A DNA stretch of 64,000 nt, taken from assembly GCA_951406725.2 (NCBI GenBank), contig OX597824.1, forward strand, positions 9,796,001-9,860,000, written 5' to 3'. Position numbers and translations under genes: made by a program. Below are positions 1 through 13,400 of the stretch, one piece after another. This stretch comes from Octopus vulgaris (taxonomy: Eukaryota). The notes under the pieces were generated by a model. It did no database searches and was not told where the DNA came from. It worked only from the letters and a program-made list of their open reading frames with translations. How positions within the stretch are numbered: position 1 is the first letter of the stretch; each line of letters opens with the position of its first letter.

Positions 1-150
1 TGAAGCAAAAGAAGGCTTTCACAATCATTGATCCTCGAAAGTAAAGCGTGTCAGATTTTATCTTTGAGGAACTGTATTTATATGATATTTGCCATAGCAA
101 CTACAACTAAAATATTAGTAGACTTTCACGCAGTTTGACATCATTGATTA

Positions 151-587
151 TTTTCTACTCTAAGCACAAGGCTCGAAATTTGGTGAGGGAGGGGCCAGTC
201 GATTAGATCGACCCCAAGATGCGACTGGTACTTAATTTATTAACTCCGAAAGGATGAAAGACAAAGTTGACCCAGGTGGAATTTGGACTCAGAACGTAAA
301 TACAGACGAAATACCGCTAAGCATTTTGCCCGGCGTGCTAAAGATGCTTTTTTTTTTTTCTTACTGCCCACAAGGGGCTACACACAGAGGGGACAAACAA
401 GGGTAGACAAACGAATTAAGTGGATTACAACGACCCTAGTGCGTAACTGGTACTTAATTTAATCGACCCCGAAAGGATGAAAGGTAAAGTCGACCTCGGC
501 GGAATTTGAACTCTGAACGTAACGGCAGACGAAATACGGCTACGCATTTCGCCCAGCGTACTAACGTTTCTACCAGCTCACCGCCTT
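151..587 (-). mobile_element. SINE family A composite: a copy with tail A1 (346-587) joined to a copy with tail A2 (151-345)
   Basis: tRNA-like head AAGGCGGTGAGCTGGTAGAA with B-box-like GAGTTCAAATTCC; body duplicated; whole unit flanked by ~19-bp TSD agtt(t/c)gacatcatt(g/a)atta (132-150 / 588-606). Confidence 0.85.
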
Positions 588-1926
588 AGTTCGACATCAT
601 TAATTACAACATTTCTTTCACAAAAGCTGTTCTGTAATAAACATTAGAAAACCATCAAAATTATTATGCATTTAAGAAGATACAGTTTGTCCTTTGACAT
701 TGAATTATGACCTTATGCTAAAGAAAAATGCTGCATTCTTAGATTTTGGTAAGGATCCAAGGGATTCAGCAGACGCTAGTGGTTTTACAAAGCTTTATAT
801 CTCAAATTCAAATTCAATTAGATTTCAATCTATACGTGGCACTATATAGTAATAATCGTCTGTAAAAATCTATGGAATTTAAGAGGCCAATAGCTACAGA
901 AATTCAAACTAAATTTCAATGAATCATATTTGAAAACTATAGTTAACATAAAACTTAACATGGTTAATTTTCTTGACATAACATTCAATTTTGCGATTTT
1001 CAAACAACACCGTTATAGGAGACTCAACCAAGCATGATGATATATTAATATAAATTAAAACCACCCATCAACTATCTTAAATAATTAATCAAAAATATTA
1101 GTCGTCGCCTTTCTATCATTTCATACGATAATGATGAGATTAACAACTTCGTAACTCAATACGAACGAGGCATTAAATCGTAGCGGTTTCAAAGATAAAA
1201 ATATTTTCATAACAAATAGTTACGATAACGTACAGACTTGAAAACAGAAATTGTAAAAGTGTTATATAATTCTCCTCTTCGTATTGACGTTTAGGCTAAT
1301 ATTACCAAATAAATTTTTTAATTTTTAGATAAACATTTTGCAGAGTGATCATAAATATTAAAAAATTGTCTTTAACAAAAATTTTAAGATTAACTATTTG
1401 GAACAGAATATTTCATTGCATAATTATCTTGTAGCAATAATTAAAAGAAAAACATAATTTCCAGAATTATGAATCCTGTTCAGAACAACAAATCCAGCAA
1501 TCGGAGTCGCCCTTAACACTTTACCTACCAAACACATTTTGCGCCATATTTGCTTCTGCACCAGCCGTCGAATTTTATTATAAATTATACGTTTTTTTTT
1601 TTTAATTTATCTAACCATGTGTATGTGTGTCTGTGTCTGTGTGCGTGCATGTATGTGTATGTCTGTGTGTGTGTGCGCGGGTGCATGTGGGTGTGTGCAT
1701 GTGTGTGCATGTGTGTGTGTATGTGTTGGATGTGCGTGTGTGTGTGCATGTGTGTGTCTACATGTGAGTGTATGTGTGTTGGATGTGCATGTGTGTGTCT
1801 GCATATGTGTTGGATGTGCGTGTGTGTGTGCATGTGTGTATTTAATGTGTGTACGAGCGTGTTTGTGTGTGTGTGTGTGTGTGCATATGTGTGAGCATGT
1901 GTGTGTGTGCTGTAACTCACTATATA

Positions 1927-2492
1927 TTGGGTTGTCCGGAAAGTTCGTGCCGATTTTTAAAGGAAAGAAAAAGGTCAATAAATACTTGCCATTACATTTT
2001 TAATCAACCAAATATGAACCATTTTGTTGCACAATGCGTCTCCATCTTTCCTTTAACTTGAAAATTCCCTCTTCCCAGAATTGAGGCGGTTTCATGGCAA
2101 AGAATTCATCAAGGTATCTTTTTACATCGTCCAAGGAATTGAAATTTTTACAATTAAGACTATTCTGCAGAGACCTGAATAAGTGGAAATCCGAAAGAGC
2201 AATATCTGGTGAATGTGGAGGGTAGAGTAACACATCCCAGCCGAGCTGCAGCACTTTTTGTCTGGTTCACAAAGCATCAAGTGCCGAAAATGAACTGTCT
2301 TACCTTCCAATTTAAAGGGTTACTGAATGAACACAGGTTATAGGAACATAAACCTTCTTCCACGAAAAGATAGCTTAATCTGTGCTCTAAATGGAGGTGT
2401 AGTAAAATCCTATTTTATGGACTCAACCATGTTCTAAAATAAGTCGAAAGGTAAGCTACTATGAATTGGCATGAACTTTCCGGACAACCGAA
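1927..2492 (-). mobile_element. Internally deleted mariner transposon
   Basis: ~30-bp TIRs ttgggttgtccggaaagttcgtgccgattt / gaattggcatgaactttccggacaaccgaa; TA at both ends; transposase N-terminus (MEGKTVHFRHLML) joined to the C-terminus. Confidence 0.92.
2000..2254 (-). pseudogene. Mariner transposase C-terminal remnant
   Basis: LGWDVLLYPPHSPDIALSDFHLFRSLQN matches the mariner HPPYSPDLAPSDF motif; ends with a typical WRRIVQQNGSYLVD. Confidence 0.9.
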
Positions 2493-3006
2493 TACATTTC
2501 CACCGCCATATTAAGAATATAGCGTGAGGAATCACCAGTGATTCCTACTTTAGGCAAAGTGAAACAGAACAGGTTACACATATATATATTGTTTTCAGGT
2601 ATCAACCATAAAGTATTCAATTAATAAGCAATATATTGATCTCGTAGAAAACCAATTTATATTTAGGTTCGACCAACCAGTTGCCTGCTGGTTATTGTTA
2701 TCTTCGTATTATTGCATAATACGGATTCCCAGACCAGGCATTATTGTGACTCATACCCACACGTGTTCTGTTTGCAATCCATTTATGAGAAGATTGCAGA
2801 GCACTTCAAAATTTTCAGCATTGAACTGCGTTTTATCGCTTTCAGCCCATTTATACATTGCTTTCGGGGCTTTTTGTAGCTTTGCGTTGTCATCAGAATC
2901 CTTGACATCCTGTGATACTTTTTTTTTTTTTTATTGTCAGTGTAGCTGATGAGAATGGCTGACTGTATGGCTAAGAGGGTGTTGAGTGAGCCAGTGACGG
3001 TACGCT

Positions 3007-3445
3007 TTTCTTTTCTACTCTAGGCACAAGGCCCAAAATTTTTGGGGGAGTGGGGGAACCAGTCGATTAGATCGACCCCAGTACGCAACTGGTTCTTAAT
3101 TTATCGACCCCAAAAGGATGAAAGGCAAATCGACCTCGGCGAAATTTGAACTCGGAGCGTAAAGACAGACGAAATACCACGAAGTATTTCGCCCGGCGTG
3201 CTAATGCTTCTTATTTCTTTATATTGCCCACCAGGGGCTAAACATGGAGGGGACAAACAAAGACAGACAAAGGGGTTACGTCGATTACATCGATCCAGTG
3301 CATAACTGGTACTTTATTTATCGACCCCGAAAGGATAAAAGGGAAAGTCGACCTCGTCGGAATTTGAACTCACAACGCAACGACAGACGAAATATGGCTA
3401 CGCATTTCGCCCAGCGTGCTAACGCTTCTGCCAGCTCGGCGCCTT
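3007..3445 (-). mobile_element. SINE family A composite (A1 copy joined to A2 copy)
   Basis: Same architecture as 151-587; TSD cagtgacggt(a/g)c(g/c)ct at ~2993 and ~3446. Confidence 0.85.
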
Positions 3446-3464
3446 CAGTGACGGTGCCCTGCTT

Positions 3465-3716
3465 AAAACTGGTGTCTTCTCAGAGAGAGCACCGTTAGCT
3501 GTATTTGCTTAAGTCTTGCCTCTTAAAGTCATGAAACCACTTCTCTAGATTTCCTACCATGTCGAAGTTATGTGCTTCGTGACGAGTCATTCTGTGGCGA
3601 ATTTTATCGAAGGCCTTTACAAAATCGAGATATATCACATCCACGTGTGAATTGTCGAGCTGTTGTTTATAAGAACAGTCCAGCAGTAACCGATCAGAGA
3701 AGCAAATACAGAACAA
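3465..3716 (-). pseudogene. CR1-like LINE RT fragment (inverted 5' part)
   Basis: VDVIYLDFVKAFDKIRH matches the CR1-type RT motif DVIYLDFSKAFDKVPH. Confidence 0.8.
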
Positions 3717-4248
3717 ATTTCATGCATATTTAAATGTCGCTGAAATTAATTCACAGATACAAATGAGCTGAACGTATACAAATGAGCTAAACCTCATTTA
3801 GCAATGGGCAAATGAAATTTAATGCATTAAAATTTCAGGTTCTGCATTACGAAGGGAACACACATAAATCACATAATTAGACACCAGGTAACACAATGAC
3901 TTAGAGCAATTATGACTTACTGGACATAGGAGTAATCATGTCAAATGATGCATCTTTCATTGGCCAGATCACCAAACTGACCTCTAAATACAGACATCAT
4001 ATAAGATAGATTCCATGAATCTTCGTGACAAGAGAACCGGTAATTATACTGGTTCTACGGAAAAGCTTAGTTCTGCTCACAATTTCGGTATCCAAATGCG
4101 TTCGGTCTTACAGAAGATATTGAAGGGTTACGAAGAACGTTCACCAGCAAAATACCTTCGGTTAAAAGCCTTAATTACAGGAAACGTCTGAAAACTATGC
4201 GTTTCTTCTCTTTTGAACGCCGAAGAGAGCAATATATCATTATATATG

Positions 4249-4417
4249 TGTTGTGTAGACGCCCCCAGATGATGAAGTAGGCTAGCCCAATACGTAGATA
4301 TAGAGGGAGAAGTTTAGACGTCGGGAGTTGAGGAGAGGTCATCGGAACATGCGATATAACAGTGGCGACGATGAATTCGTAGCTCATACAACCACTGTGT
4401 AGTATTGCGATATAACA
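4249..4417. mobile_element. Short solo LTR (169 bp)
   Basis: TGTT...AACA termini; perfect 5-bp TSD ATATG (4244-4248 / 4418-4422); splits the LINE reading IIIY|VWTI. Confidence 0.7.
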
Positions 4418-4498
4418 ATATGTATGGACAATCTTGGAGGGAGTATGTTCCAAATTTCGGCATTAAAGAGAATTTTAATGCACGAACTGGAAGATACA

Positions 4499-4730
4499 TA
4501 TTTCTTTACTACCTACAAGGGGCTACACACAGAGGGGACAAACAAGGACAGACAAACGGAGTAAGTCGATTACATCGACCCCAGTGTGTAACTGGTACTT
4601 ATTTAATCGACCCCGAAAGGATGAAAGGCAAAGTCGACCTCGGCGGAATTTGAACTCACAACGTAACGGCAGACGAAATACCTCTAAGCATTTCGCCCGG
4701 AGTGCTAACGAGTCTGCCAGCTCGCCGCCT
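4499..4730 (-). mobile_element. SINE family A (tail A1)
   Basis: Full head-to-tail match to the other copies. Confidence 0.9.
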
Positions 4731-5272
4731 TACGTTTCTGCCAGCTCGCTTCCATATTCACCACCTTCGAAATCACGAGTAGAGCCACTCTATTGTCCTC
4801 AATATATAACTGCCCTCAATTGCTCAAATGGCTACCTCAAGAAATCAGAAATATAGAAAAGAGCGCTACTGAAACATAAAAGGGAAGACATTGGATAAAC
4901 TCTTAACGATGATACCGGATCAGCCAACCATTCAAAGATATTCACGAAGAAGACCATCTGCTATGAATTCAATCATAGACCGACTTCCAGCCATAAGGCG
5001 ACAGCAAAACTCAAAGAAAGCAAATTAAGGCGCTGCTCCAAAATGGCTGCGGTCTTACTACTGAAACCACTTAAAGAATAAAAAAATTCATAAAAGGATA
5101 TTCATATAAATATATATTTAATGTATTCATGCCAGTGTGTGTGTGTGCGCGTGCGAGTGTGTGCGCGCGTGCGTGTGTGGAGAAAGAGAGAGAGATGGAG
5201 GATAGGTAGAGATTTAAATATATTTGTAGGTAGACAGACAAACAGACATGAAGATAGATGAATGGATGGATG

Positions 5273-5358
<86 letters not shown>

Positions 5359-5744
5359 GATGGGTTATATATTGTATAGAAGGAACAAGGAATTTGAATA
5401 TGTGTGTGTATACGATACACAAAATTATGAGCTGCCAATCAGAAAGATGAATATTACCAATCAGAAAAAAATATATTTCTGTAGGAACTGAAATATTGTT
5501 TCCAACTAACTAAATAGATGCCAGGTTGCTAGGCAACTGTGATATAAACTTAAGTATTTGGTTGTGATACACGCACACACACACACACGCACACACACAC
5601 ACACATACATATTTTTGTTTACCTGAGGATTTTTTTTCTTTGTTATTTCATTTTCTTTCATCGGAATCAATATTTTACGTAAATTATAAGTTGTACTATA
5701 TTTCTCCGATGTCACGATAACAGTTACTTAAAATGAAAGCATCG

Positions 5745-5745
5745 C

Positions 5746-5776
<31 letters not shown>

Positions 5777-6099
5777 GTTGTTGTTGTTGTTGTTGTTGTT
5801 GTTCTTATTGTTGTTGTTGTTGTTGTTATCTATTTATTTAATTTTATTATCACCATTATCATCTTCTTTATCATCACCATCATTGTTATTATTATTGTCA
5901 TTATTATTATTATTAGTAGTAGTAGTAGTAGTATTAGTAGTAGTAGTAGTAGTAGTAGTAGTATCATTATTATTTTTTTATTATTATTATTAAAATTATT
6001 ATTATTATTATTATCATTATTGTTGTTGTTGTTATCTATTTATTTTTATTATTATCACATTTATCATCTTCTTTATCATCAAAGATTACTATTATTGCC

Positions 6100-6170
<71 letters not shown>

Positions 6171-6267
6171 CATTATTATTATTATTATTATCATTATTAT
6201 TATCATTATTGTTGTTGTTATCTATTTATTTTTATTATTATCACATTTATCATCTTTATCATCAAAG

Positions 6268-6333
<66 letters not shown>

Positions 6334-6335
6334 AC
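5745..6335. repeat. Compound (TAT)n/(TGT)n/(TAG)n microsatellite with internal ~190-bp duplications
   Basis: Unit ttatctatttatttttattattatcacatttatcatc recurs at ~6032 and ~6218. Confidence 0.9.
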
Positions 6336-6462
6336 TATTGCTGGTGGTACTGTTCGGTAATACCGCACCTTTTACACAACTAATTCCAACATAAATTACT
6401 CATTCTCTTTGCTTCTTCCTTCCAGTTGCAGAGTAGTTGTTTAATGTGTTCCAATGCCCCCA

Positions 6463-6550
<88 letters not shown>

Positions 6551-7169
6551 GTATATATACACCGCATACATTTCATTCTTTTATAGCAGTTTTATGATCA
6601 ACGTTATATCATCTCTCAGCTCGTAAAATTGAATTCATACTTTCTCACCTCTAACCGAACGAGTTTTCACCTTATGTAGATCATACAATCACAAAATGAA
6701 ATACTAACACTTTATTTATTATAGAACATTATGGAAAGATATTTAAATTTTCTTTTCTATTTTTTTTTTTTTTTTTTTTCAGATTCCAATATTACATTTT
6801 CAGTATAATCTTCGTGTTATTAGTTGAGGTTTTGATTGCCAGAAACGGTATGTTTGTGAGATTGCACTCATATTTTCCCATCTTAACATTACATTTAATT
6901 AAAATATAAATATTACTGTTATCGCTGGCGGTTATGTTAAGTAAGAATATGGATGCTTTTAATTCCAACATTAATTACGACCCTAAGTACCAGTCTAGAG
7001 CAAAGAACGTCAGCCGAAATGCCTTCCGATGTCTATTCTAGTTCTGTACTTTCTGAGTTCAAATCCTGATTTCTCACAGAAAAGGGGTTACATTTCTTTT
7101 AAGAATTTTGACCGTTGGCCTGGGGCTAAAAATAACTACCAGCAAGTACTATATGACTTTTCTGTATTA

Positions 7170-7203
7170 GTCTGCTGGAAAATACACCGCAAAGCCCATT
7201 TCA

Positions 7204-7239
<36 letters not shown>

Positions 7240-7474
7240 GAAGCCCGTTCTGTATATGTATATATCTGCATGTCTGTGTTTGTCCCCCAGCATCGCTTGA
7301 CAACCGATGCTGGTGAGTTTACGTCCCCGTAACTTTGCGGTTCGGCAAAAGAGTCCGATAGAATAAGTACTGGGCTTACAAAGAATAAGTCCTGGGGTCG
7401 ATTTCCTCGACTAAAGGTGGTGTTCCAGCATGGTCGCAGTCAAATGACTGAAACAAGTAAACGAGTAAAAGAGT
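7170..7474 (+). mobile_element. SINE family B (3' part)
   Basis: tgtgtttgtcccc..catcgcttgacaacc...ccagcatggtcgcagtcaaatgactgaaacaagtaaa. Confidence 0.85.
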
Positions 7475-7835
7475 ACCATTACTCTTCCGTGGTTTTCAAC
7501 ATCAGAGACGCCATTATCCAAAGTATCCTTCGATTAAGACGATCGGTCGTGATTTAAGAGAAATGTAACTGTTATTTTCAACAGATCAATCAATGGCGAA
7601 GATACTTCCTCACCGGATCACGTGGTTGCTTTTGTTCTTTAGCTCCGGACCGGCCCTAATCATCTTGTATTTTATTCTAATATAGTCTTGAATTACATAT
7701 TTTTTAAAGATTCTAGGGCGTCATTTTCAAAAAGAATTTTGTTGTTAGTTCAAGTAAGGCGAATATCCACAAAAGTGGCACTCTATCTCTCTCTCTCTCT
7801 ACCTCTCTCTCTGCCTCTCTCTCTCTCTCTCTTTC

Positions 7836-7872
<37 letters not shown>

Positions 7873-8239
7873 TTATCTATCTATCTATCTTTAGCTCTAT
7901 AGCACCAGTGGAGAGATACGAACTTGAGATTCTTTGAATGATCAGTCGGTAGCCTATGAGCAAACTTTTCACCACTGAGCCATACTGCAGTCAGTTGCAC
8001 ACATACACACACACACACACATACACGCGCGCGCGCGCTGGACGTATATATATATATATATATATCATTAATATTTCATTTTTAATCGATGAGGTTTACA
8101 AATTGACGTTTTGTGAATGGCATTGCCGACGATGATAATTTTGGATCTTAAGTCACTTCGAAACTTCTGACCATCATAATAGATATAGATGTGTGTGTGT
8201 GTGTTTGTATTTATGCATGTATGTATGTATGTATGTATG

Positions 8240-8273
<34 letters not shown>

Positions 8274-8348
8274 TGTATGTATGTATATATGTATTTATAT
8301 ATATATGTGTGTATATATGTGTGTGTAGACAGACAGACAGATAGATAT

Positions 8349-8457
<109 letters not shown>

Positions 8458-8458
8458 G

Positions 8459-8508
<50 letters not shown>

Positions 8509-8522
8509 AATCATATATGTTC

Positions 8523-8575
<53 letters not shown>

Positions 8576-8643
8576 CTGTGTGTGTATTTCTTTTCTTTCC
8601 CTTTGTTTTTTTTTCGTTGTTTCTCCGTTTTTCCCCCTCATTC

Positions 8644-8679
8644 TTTTCTGTCGAAGAGCATAGGCTCGAAACGTCAAAG
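8644..8679 (+). ncRNA. Variant minimal hammerhead motif in a Penelope-like repeat
   Basis: tttt CTGTCGA A GAGC atag GCTC GAAA CG TC aaag; same family as 45290 and 56658. Confidence 0.5.
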
Positions 8680-9140
8680 ACTTTTCCATTCTTCCCGAGC
8701 GTTGAATTAATATACCTGCTTGTTTTCTGTAAATTTGAACTAATTTAGATAGCTAGCTAGAGAGATAGATATGTATGTTTCTCCTGCTTCTTCTAACAAA
8801 GCCATAAATACACACATACACACAGAAATTGATATACAGTTTCTGTCGACGAAACTCCAGTCAGTAGGTGACGAAATATCTATTTCCTTTTTCCTTTTTT
8901 TCTTGGTAGACATACATATTTCTTGCAAAATTAACAAGCCTAAAGCTATCGTTCAATCTTGCTATTCCTCCAACTATGTCTTTTAATGATTTGCTTTAAT
9001 GCTATTTCGTTTAATAATATTTGTTTTCCATCGAAAAATAACAAAACAGAAGACGAAAAGAAAGAGATAATATTTCGGACTCTCTTGCCAAGGAACAATG
9101 ACATTTCTTCAGTTGATGCTGTTATTATTATTGTTCTGCG

Positions 9141-9497
9141 TGGAGGAGCATTGGCCCAGTGGTTAGGGCAGCAGATTTGCGGTCGTGATATCGCGGTTTC
9201 GATTCCCAGACCGGGCATTGTGAGTGTTTATTGAGCGAAAACACTTAAAGCTACACGATGCTCCACCCTGCTGTACTCTTTCACCACAGCTTTCTCTCAC
9301 ACATTCTTCCTGTTTCTGTTGTACCTGTATTTCGAAGGGCCAGCCACGCTGATTCCCTCCACCACCACCCGAGAACTACGTTATGGGTACACGTGTCTGT
9401 GGAGTGCTCAGCCACTTACACGTTAGTTTCACGAGCGAGCTGTTCCATTGATCAGATCAACTGGAACCCTTGTCGTCGTAACCGACGGAGAGCCACG
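9141..9497 (+). mobile_element. SINE family C (tRNA-Arg-like head), tail i
   Basis: A box TGGCCCAGTGG, B-box-like GGTTTCGATTCC; tail ...gtcgtcgtaaccgacggag. Confidence 0.85.
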
Positions 9498-10009
9498 ACG
9501 ATTGTCTAACCCTCTCGTTCTAATGGAGTAGAACTCTGATCAGAGACATTCTAATAATGACCCACCTGTTTTTTGTTCTTGCACTGTTATACCAGGTCCT
9601 TCATTTTCTTAATGCGGTATGGTAGATAAGATGTTATTTAGAGAAATTTGACAGCCATTTCATTCCTCGGGAGTCGATAAAATTATGGAGCTGTCAAGTA
9701 CTGGCATTGATAGAATTGATTAATCATATATACTTCAAAATTTCTGGCGCAAGCGTTGCTTTGTGGTAAGAAATTTGCTTCCCAAACACAAGATCCCGGG
9801 TTCTTTCCCACTGCGAGGCACCTTGGTCAAAGACTTCTACTTATGTACCGAACCGATCAAAGCTTTGTGAGAGGATTTTCGTAGATGGAAATTGGAAGAA
9901 GCCTGTGTATGTATATATATATATATATATATGTGGGGGGGGGGGGGTTCTAGATTCTAGAAATTTTCTAGATATTTGGGTTTTCTAGATTCTAATTGAC
10001 TTTCTTCTC

Positions 10010-10234
10010 TCTTTCTCTTTTTATTCTTTTATTGTTTCAGTCATTTGGCTGTGGCCATGCTGGAGCACCACCTTTAGTCGACCAAATCGACCCCAGGACT
10101 TATAAGCCTCGTACTTTTTCTATCGGGTCTCTTTTGCCGAACCGCTAAGTTACGGAGACATAAACACACCAGCTTAGGTTGTCAAGCGATGTTGGGGGGA
10201 CAAACACAGACACACAAACATATACACACACACA

Positions 10235-10333
<99 letters not shown>

Positions 10334-10994
10334 ACGTATGTATGTATATATATATACCACAAAATAAGCAACAAGAATGGATCGGTAGTTTAGTACAATT
10401 GTTTCATACTATAAACATTTTATTTAAAGCTGCAAATATTACAGCAAGTATAATGTTAAGTAATCTTCAGCTAATTTCATATAGGTTTTCCAAACATCTT
10501 AGAGAGTGTAAATATACTTAAAAAGTTATAGATGTGTTTTATCGAAAGCGTAGGAGTGGCTGTGTGGTAAGTAGCTTGCTTACCAGCCACATGGTTCGGG
10601 GTTCAGTCCCACTGCGTGGCACCTTGGGCAAGTGTCTTCTACTATAGCCTCGGGCCGAGCAAAGCCTTGTGAGCGGATTTGGTAGACGAAAACTGAAAGA
10701 AGCCCGACTGAAAGAGCTCACATCTATAACATTATAAGTATATTTACACTCCCTAAGATGTTTGGAAAACCTATATGAATTTAGCTGAAGATTACTTAAC
10801 ATTATATTTGCTGTAATATTTGCAGCTTTAATAAATTGTTATAGTATGAAACAATTGTACTAAACTACCGATCCATTCTTGTTGCTTATTTTTTGGTTAT
10901 AATCACCCCACATAATTTTATGGGTAATACCATAAAAAATTCTGGTGCATCTAAGTTAAGTACCATATTCATTTGGATCTAAATTGTTTTGCTG

Positions 10995-11037
<43 letters not shown>

Positions 11038-11210
11038 TGCATATATACGACGGGCTTCTTTCAGTTACTGTCTACCAAATCCACTCAAAAGGCTTTGGTT
11101 GGCCCGAGGCTATTGTAGAAGACACTTGCCCAAGGTGCCACGCAGTGGGACTGAACCCGGAACCATGTGGCTGGTAAGCAAGCTACTTACCACACAGCCA
11201 CTCCTACGCC
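10010..11210 (-). mobile_element. SINE family B split by a rearranged ~640-bp insert in its internal microsatellite
   Basis: Tail 10010-10220, head 11048-11210, extra inverted head at 10533-10707. Confidence 0.8.
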
Positions 11211-11792
11211 TTCGATAAAACAAAAAGAAGAAGAAAAAGATTGTACTGTTATCTGCACGGTGACTTATAATACGAATCTTCAAAGATAAGAAATTTCATT
11301 ATTATGTCATTAAACAATGTGATTTTTAATTTAATAATTTATTAATGTCATGATAATAACGTTTCTTATCGTGGTATTATTAAAATATTAAATTAGAAAT
11401 TATGTATTTAATTCGTGACTGAAAAGTTATTACAGTAGCATTAAGAATTTTAAAATACTTTTTTAGAAATTCAAATCAAAATATTGAAATATCGCTGGTT
11501 TTAACATTGATATGAATATTGAACGCGATTTGTGGATGCTGGAGGGAGAAACTTATGTAGGTGAAATATTTAATTAATACTTTTTGGGGCTTTTTTTGTT
11601 TGTCTTTTTAATCAAACATATCATTGCGTTTGTACATTGACTTCCATTGTAGCATTCATGGAAGTTTCTTGAATTCAATCAAACACATTGTTTTGATCTA
11701 TTTCGTATGAATCGAACCGTCATTGATGCGAGAATACAATATGAATATATGAATTTAAGCGCCTGTATGTATGCATGTATGGTATGTGTGTA

Positions 11793-12023
11793 CGGTGGGG
11801 AGCTGGCAGAAACGTTAACACGCCAGGCGAAATGCTTAGCAGTATTTCGTCTGCCGCTACGTTCTTAGTTCAAATTCCGCCGAGGTCGACTTTGCCTTTC
11901 ATCCTTTCGGGGTCGATAAATTAAGGATCAGTTACGCACTGGGGTCGATGTAATCGACTTAATCCGTTTGTCTGTCCTTGTTTGTCCTCTCTGTGTTTAG
12001 CCTGCTGTGGGTAGTAAAGAAAT
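11793..12023 (+). mobile_element. SINE family A (tail A1)
   Basis: Full length; TSD ggtatg(t/g)gtg(t/c)acggtgg. Confidence 0.9.
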
Positions 12024-12038
12024 AGGTATGGGTGCACG

Positions 12039-12420
12039 GTGGATGCGCAGTGGCCCAGTGGTTAGGGCAGCGGACTCGCAGTCGTAGGATCGCGGTTTCG
12101 ATTCCCAGACCGGGCGTTGTGAGTGTTTATTGAGCGAAAACACCTAAAGCTCCACGATGCTCCGGCAGGGGATGGTGGCGAACCCTGTTGTACTTTTTCA
12201 CCACAACTTTCTCCCACTCTTTCTTCCTGTTTCAGTTGTACCTGCATTTCGAAGGGCCAGCCTTGTCACACTCTGTGTCAGGCTGAATCTCCCCTGAGAA
12301 CTACGTTAAGGGTACACGTTTCTGTGGAGTGCTCAACCACTTGCACGTTAATTTCACGAGCAGGCTGTTCCGCTGATCGGATCAACTGGAACTCTCGTCG
12401 TCGTAACCGACGGAGAACCA
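12039..12420 (+). mobile_element. SINE family C, tail i
   Basis: tRNA-like head with TCG at the anticodon position; same tail as 9141. Confidence 0.9.
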
Positions 12421-12758
12421 CGAATGTGTGTACGCATGTATATACGTCTGTGTGCGTGTGTATGTTTAGATTATATTTTCTAGACGATATTCTAAGCGAG
12501 AATTAAATCATAGCCATCGCCTTGATATGCTTTTGATACAAGTGTTATCTACTTGGTTGATGTGTGTTTGTGTGTTTTTTTTGGTAGGGTATGTGCGAGA
12601 GTTTTCTGTATATTATTTATAATCGGTAAAAAATTGCAAAATTACAAAAGTGGGTCAAAGAGCAAGACTTTCGTACAGAACTCTCAGCAAAGTGGTCCGC
12701 GCCATACGCGAAACTCTTAGCTCTTGAGTCACTTTTGCGCCTTTCAACCGATTAAAAC

Positions 12759-12793
<35 letters not shown>

Positions 12794-12912
12794 TATATTT
12801 GTACATATATATACATATATATAAATTTTCTATGTGTATATGTATGCATATGTATATACGCATGTATGTTTGTATGTACGTATGCCGAGAACTATTCTGC
12901 TTGCCTTATCAA

Positions 12913-13400
<488 letters not shown>

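Larger units (their letters stand above)
3717..5095 (+). mobile_element. Decayed CR1-like LINE ORF2 C-terminus and 3' tail, interrupted by a solo LTR and a SINE
   Basis: Frameshifted GVIMSNDASF...RRTFTSKIPSVKSLNYRKRLKTMRFFSFERRREQYIIIY|VWTILEG..VPNFGI; A-rich tail near 5075-5095. Confidence 0.75.

Noticed and set aside
12039-12115. tRNA-like sequences with A and B boxes
   Set aside because: They are SINE heads that continue into repeat bodies and lack a proper acceptor stem.
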